Notes: generated by a model not told the origin, from the sequence alone. DNA of 64,000 nucleotides from Nostoc sp. DedSLP01 (GCA_034530875.2 JAVRCJ020000003.1:320001-384000), one strand, 5' to 3'. Positions 48,652-59,921 are shown, numbered from the stretch's first letter. Numbers and translations are program-made.

Positions 48652-49265
48652 ACAAAATATTGAACTTAAACCCTACTCATAATTTTTCATTTGGGTAGGG
48701 TTAGCAAAATTAATTCTATAAAAGAAAGTAAGATTAATTATTATTTGTATAGCTTGTGACAGAATAAAATACTGCTCCACTCGACTATTTTTTGTCTATA
48801 AAAAGTAGTCAGTTCTCAGGAGTGGTGAATTAGTGAACACACCACCCATGAAGGCATAGTGTTTTAAAAAAAGTTTCAACCCCTGTCTCGTCCACAAAGG
48901 ACGATTTTTTGAGCAGTATTTATTCTTCTGATTTCTGAATTCTGACTCCTGAGTTCTTCTTTATAAAACTATACTTTTACAGGTTTTCACACAAATTTCT
49001 CTCTAGAGAGCTAAGCAAAACTCAAACTTATTTAGTATGCTAATGTTTAGCTTGACTAACATTACGTTGAGCTACTAAAAATAGATTACAACAATTTGGC
49101 ACAAAATGTGACGTTTGGCAACCAACTTGACTTTTGGGCGATGGCTTATGTCTTTGTGACAAATTGCTCAAGCTAGGCGATCGCTAATGCAGTCGCTTGG
49201 TTGTCACCCAAACCGAAACCACTGCTCGATTGCTAGGTGTTTGTGCTTCTCCTATGATTTTTAAT

Positions 49266-50636
49266 ATGCGTTGTTTAACCTCAGTTCAGACGACAAAGCC
49301 TTTATCTATATCTCAAAAGATTCCTCGTCTTTATAGCTTAAGTTCCAGAGGAAGGTTGTGGCTGCTGGTGTTGGGTTTGTCCTACTTATGTGCTGCTTGT
49401 AATGCTTCCGAAGCTCAATCAAGCGGCCAACAAGCAGGTAAAAAGCGAGCTGTGCCAGTGGTGATTGCCACTGCAACTCAAAAAACCATTCCAATACAGC
49501 TATCGGCTACGGGAACAGTAGAAGCATATTCCACTGTATCTGTCAAGTCTCAAGTTGGCGGGCAACTGATTGGAGTTTATTTTCAGCAAGGACAGAACGT
49601 CAAGAAAGGAGACTTGTTATTTAAAATTGATTCCCGTTCCTTAGAAGCAGCGCTGATGCAAGCTAATGCTGCCAAAGCCAAAGATTTAGCGCAGGTGAAA
49701 CAGGCACAGGCAAATGTAGTAAAAGCGATCGCTCAAGTTAACCAAGCAAAAGCGAATGTCACCAAGGATATCGCCCAAGCTACAAATGCAGACGTGCAGG
49801 CGAAAAGATACAACAGCTTACTCAAGGAAGGGGCAATCAGCAAAGAACAAGCAGATCAATTCCAGACGACAGCAGCAGCTCAACGAGCAACAGTTAACGC
49901 AGACCAAAATGGAGTAGCAGACGCTCAAGCAGCCGTGGCAGCAGCCGAAGCAGACGTGCAAAACGCCAAAGCAGCAGTAGTAGCAGATGAAGCTGCGATC
50001 GCCAATGCAAAAATCCAGCTTTCCTACAGTTCCATCTACTCGCCGATTACCGGGCGTACAGGTAGCCTGAAGTTCACTCAAGGCAACTTAATAGAAGCCA
50101 ACGCCACCGATCCGTTAATTACCATCAGTCAAATCCGCCCGATTTACGTTAACTTTTCCATTCCACAACGACTCTTGCCAGATTTGAAGAAGTACAGCAC
50201 TAACGGCAAGTTAGAAGTCACTGCTATACCTCCCAAAGATAAAGGGCGTCCGATAACGGGAGAACTCACCTTCGTTGATAGCGGACTCAATACCCAAACA
50301 GGCACAATTCAACTTAAAGCCACCTTTGCCAACACAGAGGATCGCCTAGTTCCAGGGCAGTTTGTCAATGTAGTCCTCAAGCTTACCGAAGAACCAAATG
50401 TGATAACCGTGCCTTCCCAAGCCGTCCAAAGCGGACAACAAGGGCAATTTGTATTTGTAGTCAAACCTGACAAAACAGCCCAAATGCGCCCGGTTACCGT
50501 AGGCGACACCATTGGCAACGAAACAGCCATTACACAAGGGTTGCAAGCAGGCGAACAAATCGTTATCGACGGGCAATTTAACTTAGTACCTGGTGCCGCA
50601 GTGCAGGTGAAACAGGGAGTGGGGAGTAGGGAGTAG
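49266..50636 (+). CDS. RND efflux membrane fusion protein (MdtA-like); start uncertain
   Basis: Lipobox-like CAAC, lipoyl-like half motifs, coiled coil, TGTIQLKATF, LVPGQFV. Confidence 0.9.
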   Translation: MRCLTSVQTTKPLSISQKIPRLYSLSSRGRLWLLVLGLSYLCAACNASEAQSSGQQAGKKRAVPVVIATATQKTIPIQLSATGTVEAYSTVSVKSQVGGQLIGVYFQQGQNVKKGDLLFKIDSRSLEAALMQANAAKAKDLAQVKQAQANVVKAIAQVNQAKANVTKDIAQATNADVQAKRYNSLLKEGAISKEQADQFQTTAAAQRATVNADQNGVADAQAAVAAAEADVQNAKAAVVADEAAIANAKIQLSYSSIYSPITGRTGSLKFTQGNLIEANATDPLITISQIRPIYVNFSIPQRLLPDLKKYSTNGKLEVTAIPPKDKGRPITGELTFVDSGLNTQTGTIQLKATFANTEDRLVPGQFVNVVLKLTEEPNVITVPSQAVQSGQQGQFVFVVKPDKTAQMRPVTVGDTIGNETAITQGLQAGEQIVIDGQFNLVPGAAVQVKQGVGSRE

Positions 50637-50761
50637 GGAGTGCTGAGTTAAGAGTTATTTTCATTGTCTACCACACTCCCTTATCTCCCCACACTCCCTC
50701 ATCTCCCCACACTCCCTCATCTCCCCACCTCCCCACTCCCTACTCCCCACTCCCCACTAAG

Positions 50762-53700
50762 ATGAACATTTCCCAGCTATTCATCCGCCGTCCAATCATG
50801 ACAACCTTAGTGATGGTTGGCGTCTTAATATTTGGGCTGATGAGTTACCAACAATTACCCGTTAGTGACTTGCCCAATGTGGATTATCCGACACTCCAGG
50901 TAACGGCTAGTCTGCCTGGAGCCAATCCAGAAACGATGGCGTCTTCGGTTGCCACTCCTTTAGAGCAGCAGTTTTCTAGCATTGCGGGATTGAGTTCCAT
51001 GAACTCTACCAGCTCTTTGGGTAGCACGCAAATTACGCTGCAATTTGACCTCAATCGGGATATTGACGGGGCTGCACAGGATGTACAGTCTGCTATTTCT
51101 AAAGCAGCTAGGCAGTTGCCGACTAATATGCCTAATCCTCCTTCTTTCCGCAAGGTGAATCCGGCAGATCAACCAGTTCTCTACATCTCTTTAAATTCCT
51201 CGATTTTGCCGCTTTCAACTGTAGATAAGTACGCGGAAACGCTTTTGGCACAACGTCTGTCGATGGTGGATGGGGTGGCGCAAGTGCAGGTTTACGGTTC
51301 GCAAAAGTACGCGGTACGGATTCAGCTCGACCCGGAATCATTGAGCGCTAAGGGTATAGGAATCGATGAAGTGGCAACTGCGATCGCTAACGGGAATGTT
51401 AACCTCCCAACCGGGACGCTTTACGGACAGCAACAGAATTATACAATTCAAGCAAACGGTCAACTCAACGATGCCGCCAGTTATCGCTCTCTAGCTGTAA
51501 CTTATCAAAACGGTGCGCCCGTGCAGCTAGGGGAACTCGGCCAAGTGCTGGACAGCGTGGAAAATGATAAGATTGCTAGCTGGTATTTTCCGACAAAGCA
51601 GGGAGTAGGCGAGATGGGGAGTAGGGGAGATGGGGAGGTGGGGAATAACTCCTCACTCAATACTCCCAATACCAAAATCCAAAATTCTGGCGTGCGGGCG
51701 ATCGTTTTAGCAATTCAACGCCAACCGGGAACTAATACCGTGGAAGTGGTGGATGCAATTAAGAAATTGCTACCCACCTTCCAAAAACAGATTCCCGCGG
51801 CTGTGAACATGAATATTCTCTACGATCGCTCCCAATCAATTCGCGAATCAGTAGATGATGTACAATTCACGCTCTTACTCACCATTGCTCTGGTAGTACT
51901 GGTAATCTTTCTCTTCCTTCGCAATATCTCGGCTACAGTCATTCCCAGTTTGGCAGTACCTTTATCAATCGTCGCCACCTTTGCAGTAATGCTGCTGCTG
52001 GGCTATTCCCTCGATAACCTATCGCTGATGGCATTAACTTTATCAGTGGGTTTCGTGGTGGATGATGCCGTAGTCATGCTAGAAAACATTGTCCGCCACA
52101 TGGAAATGGGTGAGAGCCGTTTGGAAGCAGCGCTGAATGGTTCTAGGGAAATTGGTTTCACAATTTTATCTATGACTATTTCCTTGGTAGCAGTATTTAT
52201 CCCCGTGCTGTTCATGGAAGGTATTCTGGGGCGACTGTTCCGTGAATTTGCCGTTACCATTAGCGTTGCCATCTTGGTTTCTGGCGCCATTTCTCTGAGT
52301 TTAACGCCAATGCTTTGTTCCAGATTCTTGCGTCCGCCTCATCATCAGGAAGCAGGGGGAGCAGAGGAGCAGAGGAGCAGAGGAGCAGAGGAAGCAGAGG
52401 GAGCAGGGGAGGCAGGGGATGCAGAGGAGGAAGGGGGAGAGATGCCCTATGCCCAAATCAAAAATCGAAAATCCAAAATCCAAAATTTCCAGACTCGTCT
52501 GTACGATATTTCGGAAAGCTTCTTTAATTTGTTGTTGCGGGGATACGATTGGAGTTTGAAAATATCGCTGAAGTATCACCGGACGACGATGGTGATTTCG
52601 GGAGCAATTCTTTTAGCGACGGTTTATCTATTTATAGTTGTGCCTAAGGGATTTGTGCCCAATGCTGATGTTGGACAAATTACTGCAACAACTCAGGCAT
52701 CAGAGGATATCTCCTTTGATGAAATGGTAAAACATCAACAGGCTGTAGCTGCGATCGCTTATCGGGATCCTAATGTTGATTCGATTAACTCCAGTGTCGG
52801 AGCTGGCGGGCCAAATGCTTCTGCTAACAGCGGACGGCTGTTAATCGAACTCAAGCCCCGCCACGAGCGCCATCTTAGTGCGGATGAAATCGTGGAGAAG
52901 CTTCGACCGAAGTTGTCGAGTGTGCCTGGAATCAAAGTCTTCTTACAGAATCCCCCTGCGATAAATATTGGCGGACAACAGACAAAAGCACAGTATCAAT
53001 TTAGTCTCCAAAGTCCCGATATTCAAGAGCTTTATCAGTACGCACCGCTTCTAGAAAACCAACTCCGCAATCTCTCAGAATTGCAGGATGTCAACAGCGA
53101 CCTACAAATCAAAAATCCCCAAGTCAAAGTAGACATTAACCGCGACCAAGCTTCAGCTCTCGGTTTGACTGCCAATCAAATCGAAACTGCCCTCAGTAAT
53201 GCTTATGGTACTCGTCAAGTCTCTACCATCTACGCCTCTGATAGCCAGTATCAAGTAATTATGGGCGTGGAACCAAAATATCAACAAAATTCCAATGCCC
53301 TAGATTTGCTCTCAATTCGCGCTCCCAACGGGCAACTCGTACCTCTGAATGCTGTAGCAACTTTGACTAAGGATGTAGGGCCGCTAACCATTAACCACAA
53401 AGGACAGCTAGCTTCTGTTACCTTTTCTTTTAACCTCAAGCCAGGAATATCTCTCAGTAGCGTCACTGGCAAAATTGAGCAACTTGCGCGTCAAACATTA
53501 CCAGCTACTATTAGTACAGGCTTTCAGGGTTCAGCCCAGGCGTTTCAGTCTTCAATTCAGGGTTTAGGACTGCTGCTGCTGGTTGCCATCTTAGTGATTT
53601 ATATCGTGTTGGGGATTCTCTACGAGAACTTCATTCACCCCTTGACCATCCTTTCTAGCTTACCCTCAGCTGGATTTGGGGCGCTGCTGACTTTGCTGCT

Positions 53701-54100
53701 GTTTCAAGTTGACTTGAATATTTACGCCTTCGTGGGCATTATCTTACTGGTTGGCATTGTCAAGAAAAATGGGATTATGATGGTTGACTTTGCGATCGCA
53801 GCTCGTCAAGAAGGTAAAACTCCTTATGATGCCATTTATCAAGCCTGCTTGGTGAGATTTCGACCAATCATGATGACCACAATGGCAGCATTGATGGGCA
53901 CATTACCCATCGCCCTTGGCTTTGGAGCCGGAGCAGATACACGCCGTCCCCTTGGTTTAGCAGTAGTTGGCGGGTTATTGTTCTCGCAATTCCTAACGCT
54001 TTATTTAACACCAGTTTTTTACACTTATATGGAGTCTTGGCAAACAAAGTTGCAAAAACACAACTGGCAAAAACATTCAGATTCAACCTTGGAAACTTAG
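50762..54100 (+). CDS. RND efflux permease (MdtB/MdtC-like)
   Basis: FIRRPIMTTL, GFVVDDAVVMLEN, GIVKKNGIMMVDFA, RFRPIMMTT. Confidence 0.95.
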   Translation: MNISQLFIRRPIMTTLVMVGVLIFGLMSYQQLPVSDLPNVDYPTLQVTASLPGANPETMASSVATPLEQQFSSIAGLSSMNSTSSLGSTQITLQFDLNRDIDGAAQDVQSAISKAARQLPTNMPNPPSFRKVNPADQPVLYISLNSSILPLSTVDKYAETLLAQRLSMVDGVAQVQVYGSQKYAVRIQLDPESLSAKGIGIDEVATAIANGNVNLPTGTLYGQQQNYTIQANGQLNDAASYRSLAVTYQNGAPVQLGELGQVLDSVENDKIASWYFPTKQGVGEMGSRGDGEVGNNSSLNTPNTKIQNSGVRAIVLAIQRQPGTNTVEVVDAIKKLLPTFQKQIPAAVNMNILYDRSQSIRESVDDVQFTLLLTIALVVLVIFLFLRNISATVIPSLAVPLSIVATFAVMLLLGYSLDNLSLMALTLSVGFVVDDAVVMLENIVRHMEMGESRLEAALNGSREIGFTILSMTISLVAVFIPVLFMEGILGRLFREFAVTISVAILVSGAISLSLTPMLCSRFLRPPHHQEAGGAEEQRSRGAEEAEGAGEAGDAEEEGGEMPYAQIKNRKSKIQNFQTRLYDISESFFNLLLRGYDWSLKISLKYHRTTMVISGAILLATVYLFIVVPKGFVPNADVGQITATTQASEDISFDEMVKHQQAVAAIAYRDPNVDSINSSVGAGGPNASANSGRLLIELKPRHERHLSADEIVEKLRPKLSSVPGIKVFLQNPPAINIGGQQTKAQYQFSLQSPDIQELYQYAPLLENQLRNLSELQDVNSDLQIKNPQVKVDINRDQASALGLTANQIETALSNAYGTRQVSTIYASDSQYQVIMGVEPKYQQNSNALDLLSIRAPNGQLVPLNAVATLTKDVGPLTINHKGQLASVTFSFNLKPGISLSSVTGKIEQLARQTLPATISTGFQGSAQAFQSSIQGLGLLLLVAILVIYIVLGILYENFIHPLTILSSLPSAGFGALLTLLLFQVDLNIYAFVGIILLVGIVKKNGIMMVDFAIAARQEGKTPYDAIYQACLVRFRPIMMTTMAALMGTLPIALGFGAGADTRRPLGLAVVGGLLFSQFLTLYLTPVFYTYMESWQTKLQKHNWQKHSDSTLET

Positions 54101-54105
54101 AGGAT

Positions 54106-54168
54106 AAGGTTTTGAAACCCACGCAGGTGGGTTTCATCTGTGTAGCCGCGATTTCCAATCGCCCTTTT
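54106..54168. repeat. Dispersed repeat, inverted copy at about 62111-62175
   Basis: TAAGGTTTTGAAACCCACGCAGGTGGGTTT...TGTGTAG.CGCG matches the reverse complement of the 62.1 kb copy. Confidence 0.75.
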
Positions 54169-54178
54169 CAAACAACCT

Positions 54179-54649
54179 CTAAGCAACAGCAGTAGCACTA
54201 TAAAATTTTTCTAAGTTTTGCTTTTGAAAAAAATTGAGATATTGAGACACAATTTCTGGACTGAGTAATTCAAGTAATAGACGGTTTTCAATCCAAAATT
54301 CGATTACTTCAAATCTACCCCGGTTACAACGCAGTACCCGCCATCCTTCACTAGCAGCAATTTCTTCAATCTCTTTTTGGCTAACAGACACACTTACGGC
54401 TGCATGAACGGCATTGAATTGGTTAATGTTATCATTTTCACGAAATTTAACTTGTTGTTCGCCATCACCAGGAATCAACTCAATACCTAGTGGATAAACT
54501 TCAATCATAGTGCCGTGTTCATCAAGAGCTACTGCTACATAGCTTCCAGGATTTGAAGGAAACGGAGCAGCCTTGCCACCTAAAATTTTAGCTAAAACCT
54601 CAGCAACATGAGGGGGGTTATTCGCTGGAATAGAAATATGGTGAATCAT
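54179..54649 (-). CDS. VOC/glyoxalase-like protein
   Basis: MIHHISIPA, GTMIEVYP, VHAAVS, FEVIEFWIEN. Confidence 0.7.
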   Translation of the reverse strand: MIHHISIPANNPPHVAEVLAKILGGKAAPFPSNPGSYVAVALDEHGTMIEVYPLGIELIPGDGEQQVKFRENDNINQFNAVHAAVSVSVSQKEIEEIAASEGWRVLRCNRGRFEVIEFWIENRLLLELLSPEIVSQYLNFFQKQNLEKFYSATAVA

Positions 54650-54984
54650 CTGTCTTGCCTCAATAGTTTAGACAATTTATAATTAGCTATACTTTTAACC
54701 GATAGTTAATATCGGCTTTATATAGCAATCCACTTTGATTTTTGAATTTCTTTGTGTAGGTAATTAGCCTTTTCGATATCTAGCCTATGTTTTTAACCCA
54801 ATCAAATAGGATTACTATACATATTAACTATTCAAAAATAAAATATTTTATTAATACTTATTTGTTCATAAAAGTTAGTATTAATTATAAATTGTCTAAT
54901 TTCTTTGATTAAAAAAATTATCTTATGCCTTGATTGCATCTATCTTTAGTAGCGTGCTATTTATGTCTGTAGCAAGTTTAATTT

Positions 54985-55866
54985 ATGATTCTCAATCTAA
55001 AAATTGAGATTATGTCTTCTGAATTCGCACTTTCTCCGAAAACTAAACTGATGATTTTGGAAAATTATCAATTTAACTATTCTTTAATTGGCAAACCAGA
55101 CAAACCGCTGATTCTTTTTCTACACGGCTTCATGGGTAATATTGATGAATTTGATGAAGCGATAAAATTATTATCTGATGAATTTTCTTATTTAACGCTT
55201 GACCTGCCAGGACACGGCAAAACTCAAGTTTTAGGTGGCGATGAATACTATACAATGCCTAAAACTGCGGATGCAATAATTAGTTTATTAGACAAATTAA
55301 AAATAGACAAATCTTTTTTAGTTGGTTATTCAATGGGCGGAAGATTAGCTCTATATCTTGCCCTACATTTTCCAGAACGCTTCTTGAAAGTAATATTAGA
55401 ATCAGCTTCGCCAGGTTTGGCAACAGAAACAGAACGATTAGAAAGAATTAAACGGGATACGCAAATAGGCAGAAAATTGACAAGAATTACTACTAAGACT
55501 GATTTTGCCGATTTTCTCTCTAATTGGTACAAGCAAGCAATTTTTGGCGATATCAAAAATCATCCAGAATATGACAAAATGCTAGAAAATCGCTTGCAAA
55601 ACAATCCGCAAGAATTAGATAAATCGCTACGCTTTATGGGTACTGGATGCCAGCCTAATTTATGGTCTAAATTAGCAGACAATAAAATTCCTATACTGTT
55701 ATTAGCTGGTGAATATGATGAAAAGTTTGTATATGTTAATACAGAGATGGCTCAGATATGTAAATTTGCCCAGCTAAAAATAATTGCTAATGCTGGACAT
55801 AATATTCACTTTGAAAACACTTTAGTATTTATGCAAGTTCTCAAAGATTTTTTGGAATTATCCTAA
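54985..55866 (+). CDS. menH: Alpha/beta hydrolase, SHCHC synthase
   Basis: FLHGFMG, DLPGHG, GYSMGGR, LESASPGL, GHNIHFE. Confidence 0.85.
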   Translation: MILNLKIEIMSSEFALSPKTKLMILENYQFNYSLIGKPDKPLILFLHGFMGNIDEFDEAIKLLSDEFSYLTLDLPGHGKTQVLGGDEYYTMPKTADAIISLLDKLKIDKSFLVGYSMGGRLALYLALHFPERFLKVILESASPGLATETERLERIKRDTQIGRKLTRITTKTDFADFLSNWYKQAIFGDIKNHPEYDKMLENRLQNNPQELDKSLRFMGTGCQPNLWSKLADNKIPILLLAGEYDEKFVYVNTEMAQICKFAQLKIIANAGHNIHFENTLVFMQVLKDFLELS

Positions 55867-56300
55867 TTGTCTTTAAATTTAAATAATTTTCTGTTTCCTA
55901 TCGCTTGGGCGATCGCTGTCTCTAGCAGCTATATTAAACGAAGCACAATTAGATATTATTAGTCAATCATTCTTTAGTATAGTTAAAATCCAACTTTTGG
56001 AAGAAGTTGAAATTCAATATTTTTTCTAATCTTTGAAAATAATTGAAACTTAATATGCACATCTTGGTAATGTCAAAACAATTGGCACTATCTCAATTTT
56101 GCATCGCTAAATTATTTTTTTAGTTATCAATTCTCAATTAATTTGATTGTCATTTTTGCGTCACATTTATATTGAACTATATTCTATATCGAGATATGAA
56201 TATAACTTGATATTTCTATCTCTACTAAATAATTATTTGAGGTAATTCTTTGATGGAAGAAACCAAAAAATTCCTGCTCAACACTAAATGAGGAATTAAT

Positions 56301-57668
56301 GTGAGTAGACCTAAAGACTACAATTTGCTTGAGCAGACAGAGATTATTGAAGTAGCATCACCCAAGCCATCACTGACATTACCTGATGCAGTAGCTCTGA
56401 TTGTTGGTATTGTCATCGGGGCAGGGATTTTTCAAACCCCCGCTCTAGTAGCTAATCAAGCGGGTAGTAATATTGCGGTACTGCTTTTTTGGTTCGTCGG
56501 TGGTCTAATATCTCTCGTAGGAGCGCTGTGCTATGCAGAGTTAGCAACAGTTTATCCTGATGTGGGAGGCGCTTACTACTATTTAAAACGTGCTTTTGGG
56601 CGAGGAGTCGCCTTTTTATTTGCTTGGGCACGGATGACAGTAATTCAAACTGGTTCCATTGCTCTTTTAGCATTTGTTTTTGGCGATTATGTTTCCCAAA
56701 TATGGTGGCTAGGCACGTTTTCATCTTCAATTTATGCAGCAGTAGCGATCGCCTTTTTAACTGCTTTGAACATCGTCGGTTTGGAACAAGGCAAGCGGAC
56801 ACAAAACTTACTGAGTATTGCCAAAGTTTTAGGTTTATTGTTGGTAGTAATTATCGGACTTAGCGCCACTCCTAATTCCACTGCGCCTGTAGAATCTGCA
56901 TCCTCAGGAACCTGGGGACTGGCGATGGTGTTTGTGCTGCTTTCCTACGGCGGTTGGAATGAAGCCGCTTACATCTCCGCCGAAATTCAGAATGGCCGGC
57001 GCAACATAGTGCGATCGCTCATTTGGAGTATTGGTATTATCACCGCCATTTACGTGTTGATTAACCTAGCTTATCTGCGGGGGCTAGGGTTAACCAACAT
57101 GGCACAGTCAGAAGCAGTAGCCGCAGATTTAATGCGATCGCTTTGGGGCGCACCAGGAGCTTTATTCATCAGCGTGTTGATTGCGATCGCCACTTTAGGG
57201 GCAACCAACGCCACAATTTTTACCGGAGCGCGTACCAATTACGCACTGGGACAAGATTTTTCCGTATTTGGTTTTATGGGGCGCTGGCAGCAACGTCCTA
57301 GCAGTCCTACCCAAGCCTTATTGTTGCAAGGAGCGATCGCTTTAGCACTGATTGTTTTAGGCACGCTCACCCGCAAAGGCTTTGAAACAATGGTGGATTA
57401 CACCGCACCTGTGTTTTGGTTCTTCTTCTTGCTTTCAGGCATATCGCTGCTCGTCTTACGGGTGCGAGAACCCAACATAGCACGCCCATTTCGCGTACCG
57501 TTTTATCCTTTCACACCATTACTCTTTTGCGCCGTCTGCGGTTACTTACTTTATTCCAGCTTAGTTTACACAGGCGTCGGAGCAATTTTAGGTGTTTTAG
57601 TTGTCGCAGCAGGTATCCCGCTGTTGCTCTGGAATAACCAACGGGGGCAGAGAGATGTGGGGAGATGA
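56301..57668 (+). CDS. APC-family amino acid permease
   Basis: IGAGIF, CYAELAT, YGGWN, RPFRVPFYP; about 12 TMs. Confidence 0.93.
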   Translation: MSRPKDYNLLEQTEIIEVASPKPSLTLPDAVALIVGIVIGAGIFQTPALVANQAGSNIAVLLFWFVGGLISLVGALCYAELATVYPDVGGAYYYLKRAFGRGVAFLFAWARMTVIQTGSIALLAFVFGDYVSQIWWLGTFSSSIYAAVAIAFLTALNIVGLEQGKRTQNLLSIAKVLGLLLVVIIGLSATPNSTAPVESASSGTWGLAMVFVLLSYGGWNEAAYISAEIQNGRRNIVRSLIWSIGIITAIYVLINLAYLRGLGLTNMAQSEAVAADLMRSLWGAPGALFISVLIAIATLGATNATIFTGARTNYALGQDFSVFGFMGRWQQRPSSPTQALLLQGAIALALIVLGTLTRKGFETMVDYTAPVFWFFFLLSGISLLVLRVREPNIARPFRVPFYPFTPLLFCAVCGYLLYSSLVYTGVGAILGVLVVAAGIPLLLWNNQRGQRDVGR

Positions 57669-57831
57669 GGAGTAGGGGAGATGGGGAGATGGGAAGTGTG
57701 GGGAGTGTGGGAAGAAAAAGAATTTATGCCCCTTCTCTTCCCACACCTCCCACGCCTCCTGCTTCCCCAATGCCCAATGTTCCAATAACTAATGACTAGT
57801 GACTAATAACTAATGACTAAGGAGAAAATTC

Positions 57832-58488
57832 ATGAACTTCAAAAAAATTCTGTTTTTAGTGGTTACAGGGGTTAGTATTACCAGCTTGGGAATTAGTGGG
57901 TGTACGACGGAACAGCGTAATGCTGAAACTGGGACAGAACCTCCTTCTACTTTAACGGCTGAAACTGAAACACTAACTCCCTCGGGTGCGCCAACAACTC
58001 AACCCCAAGAACGTCCCGGTGATGTTCCTTATGTGCCAACTCCGCAACCAGTGGTAGATGCAATGTTGAAAGTGGCAAAAGTAGGCCCGAATGATGTGCT
58101 TTACGACCTTGGCAGTGGTGATGGGCGAATTGTGATTACTGCGGCACAAAATATCGGTACGCGTGGTGTAGGCATAGATATTGACCCCCAACGCATCCAA
58201 GAAGCTAATGAAAATGCCAAGAAAGCAGGAGTGACAGACCGCGTGAAGTTTGTCCAGCAGGACTTGTTTAAAACTGATTTGAGCGATGCAACAGTAGTTA
58301 CGCTTTACCTGTTACCAGAAATCAATGAGAGACTGCGCCCCACACTCTTGAAACTCAAACCTGGTACCCGCATTGTTTCCCACGCTTTTGATATGGGCGA
58401 CTGGAAACCACAGCAAACACTCAATGTAGAGGGTAAAACTGTTTACTATTGGGTAGTTCCTAAAGAGATACCAGCGAATTTACGATAA
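57832..58488 (+). CDS. Class I SAM-dependent methyltransferase with lipoprotein signal
   Basis: ISGC lipobox; DVPYVPTP, YDLGSGDGR, LKPGTRIVSH. Confidence 0.88.
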   Translation: MNFKKILFLVVTGVSITSLGISGCTTEQRNAETGTEPPSTLTAETETLTPSGAPTTQPQERPGDVPYVPTPQPVVDAMLKVAKVGPNDVLYDLGSGDGRIVITAAQNIGTRGVGIDIDPQRIQEANENAKKAGVTDRVKFVQQDLFKTDLSDATVVTLYLLPEINERLRPTLLKLKPGTRIVSHAFDMGDWKPQQTLNVEGKTVYYWVVPKEIPANLR

Positions 58489-58674
58489 AAAGCGTGTGAA
58501 TTTAGCATTTGGGATTGAAAAAATAATCTTAGATCCAAATTCCAGATAAGTAGCTCAACCTAAAAAACGTAAGATGTAGATGTAAATAAATGTAGTGGAC
58601 TGACACAGCTAAAATAGTGCATTAGTAAACTCTTGTGGGATGGGCGTCTCGCCCGTCCGGGGCGGGCAGGATGC

Positions 58675-58862
58675 CATTGGTGTCAACTTAAGCTCAAACT
58701 CTTGCCCCACAATCGTTTTACCCCACCCCCAACCCCTCCCCTTGCCAAGGGGAGGGGAGGTTTTGGCTTTAGACAAAACCGGGGTGGGGTAACGCGGATC
58801 TTAATGGGAAGTCAGTAGACCTCGCTCATCACGTTTTCATCAGGGTTTCACGTTAAGTTGAC
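58675..58862. mobile_element. MITE-like composite repeat, second copy starting at 61771
   Basis: Left end CATT(G/A)GTGTCAACTTAAG, right end TTAAGTTGAC; about 130 bp nearly identical between the copies. Confidence 0.75.
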
Positions 58863-59111
58863 CTACTTACTAATAAGTAGCTGAAGAGAATTAACTACAC
58901 AAAGTCATTGCGATCGCTCGCAATGACTGTAATTATTTTTGCTTATCTACTTGTTGGTTGGAATTCTATCTCTCGATTTAGTAATTAATACTTTTAATCT
59001 CAAATTCCAAATCTGTCTTGAAAAGTTTTGATGCCTGCGGCGGGCTACGCCAACGGAGGAAACCTCCGCTCAAACTTTTCGCAAAATCCAAATTCATTTG
59101 AGTGAGAAAAT

Positions 59112-59921
59112 ATGATAGGGTTAAAGGGAAAGAATGCCTTAATTACAGGTGCAACATCAGGTATAGGTCAAGCGATCGCCATTAAACTTGCTCAAGAAGG
59201 CTGCAATATCGCTATCAATTACCGCAAAGACCCTGAAGCAGCCGAACAAACTCAAGAGATGGCATTAGAAAAAGCCTGTCAAGATATTAATAATTGTGGT
59301 GTGAACTCGTTGTTAGTGCAGGGAGATGTATCTCAAGAATCAGACATTGTGGAGATGGTCAATACTGTTGTTAAAGAATTTGGCAGTTTAGATATTCTCG
59401 TCAACAATGCTGGTATTCAACTAGAAAATCCATCTCATGAAGTCCCCACAGCAGATTTTGACCGAGTGATTGCAGTAAATCTCCGGGGTGCTTTTCTCTG
59501 CGCCCGTGAAACTATTAAACACCTGCTGTCTGCTAATCGTCAGGGAGTAATTATTAATATTTCCAGCGTTCACGAAATTATTCCTCGACCGATGTATATC
59601 AGTTATTCTATTAGCAAAGGCGGCATGGAAAACCTGACCAAAAGTTTAGCATTGGAATACGCTAGTCAAGGTATTCGTGTTAACGCCGTTGCCCCCGGAG
59701 CGACAATCACGCCAATCAATAAAGCCTGGACAAATGACCCTGAAAAAAAGGCGATCGTGGAAAGTCACATCCCAATGGGGCGGGCTGGCACCAGTGAAGA
59801 GATGGCAGCCGCAGTGGCTTTTTTAGCTTCTGATGAAGCCGCATATATCACCGGACAAACATTATTTGTAGACGGTGGATTAACTCTATATGCTGATTTC
59901 CGGGAATCCTGGTCGGCTTAA
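59112..59921 (+). CDS. Glucose 1-dehydrogenase-like SDR
   Basis: TGATSGIG, NNAG, SSVHE, YSISK, VDGGLTLY. Confidence 0.88.
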   Translation: MIGLKGKNALITGATSGIGQAIAIKLAQEGCNIAINYRKDPEAAEQTQEMALEKACQDINNCGVNSLLVQGDVSQESDIVEMVNTVVKEFGSLDILVNNAGIQLENPSHEVPTADFDRVIAVNLRGAFLCARETIKHLLSANRQGVIINISSVHEIIPRPMYISYSISKGGMENLTKSLALEYASQGIRVNAVAPGATITPINKAWTNDPEKKAIVESHIPMGRAGTSEEMAAAVAFLASDEAAYITGQTLFVDGGLTLYADFRESWSA

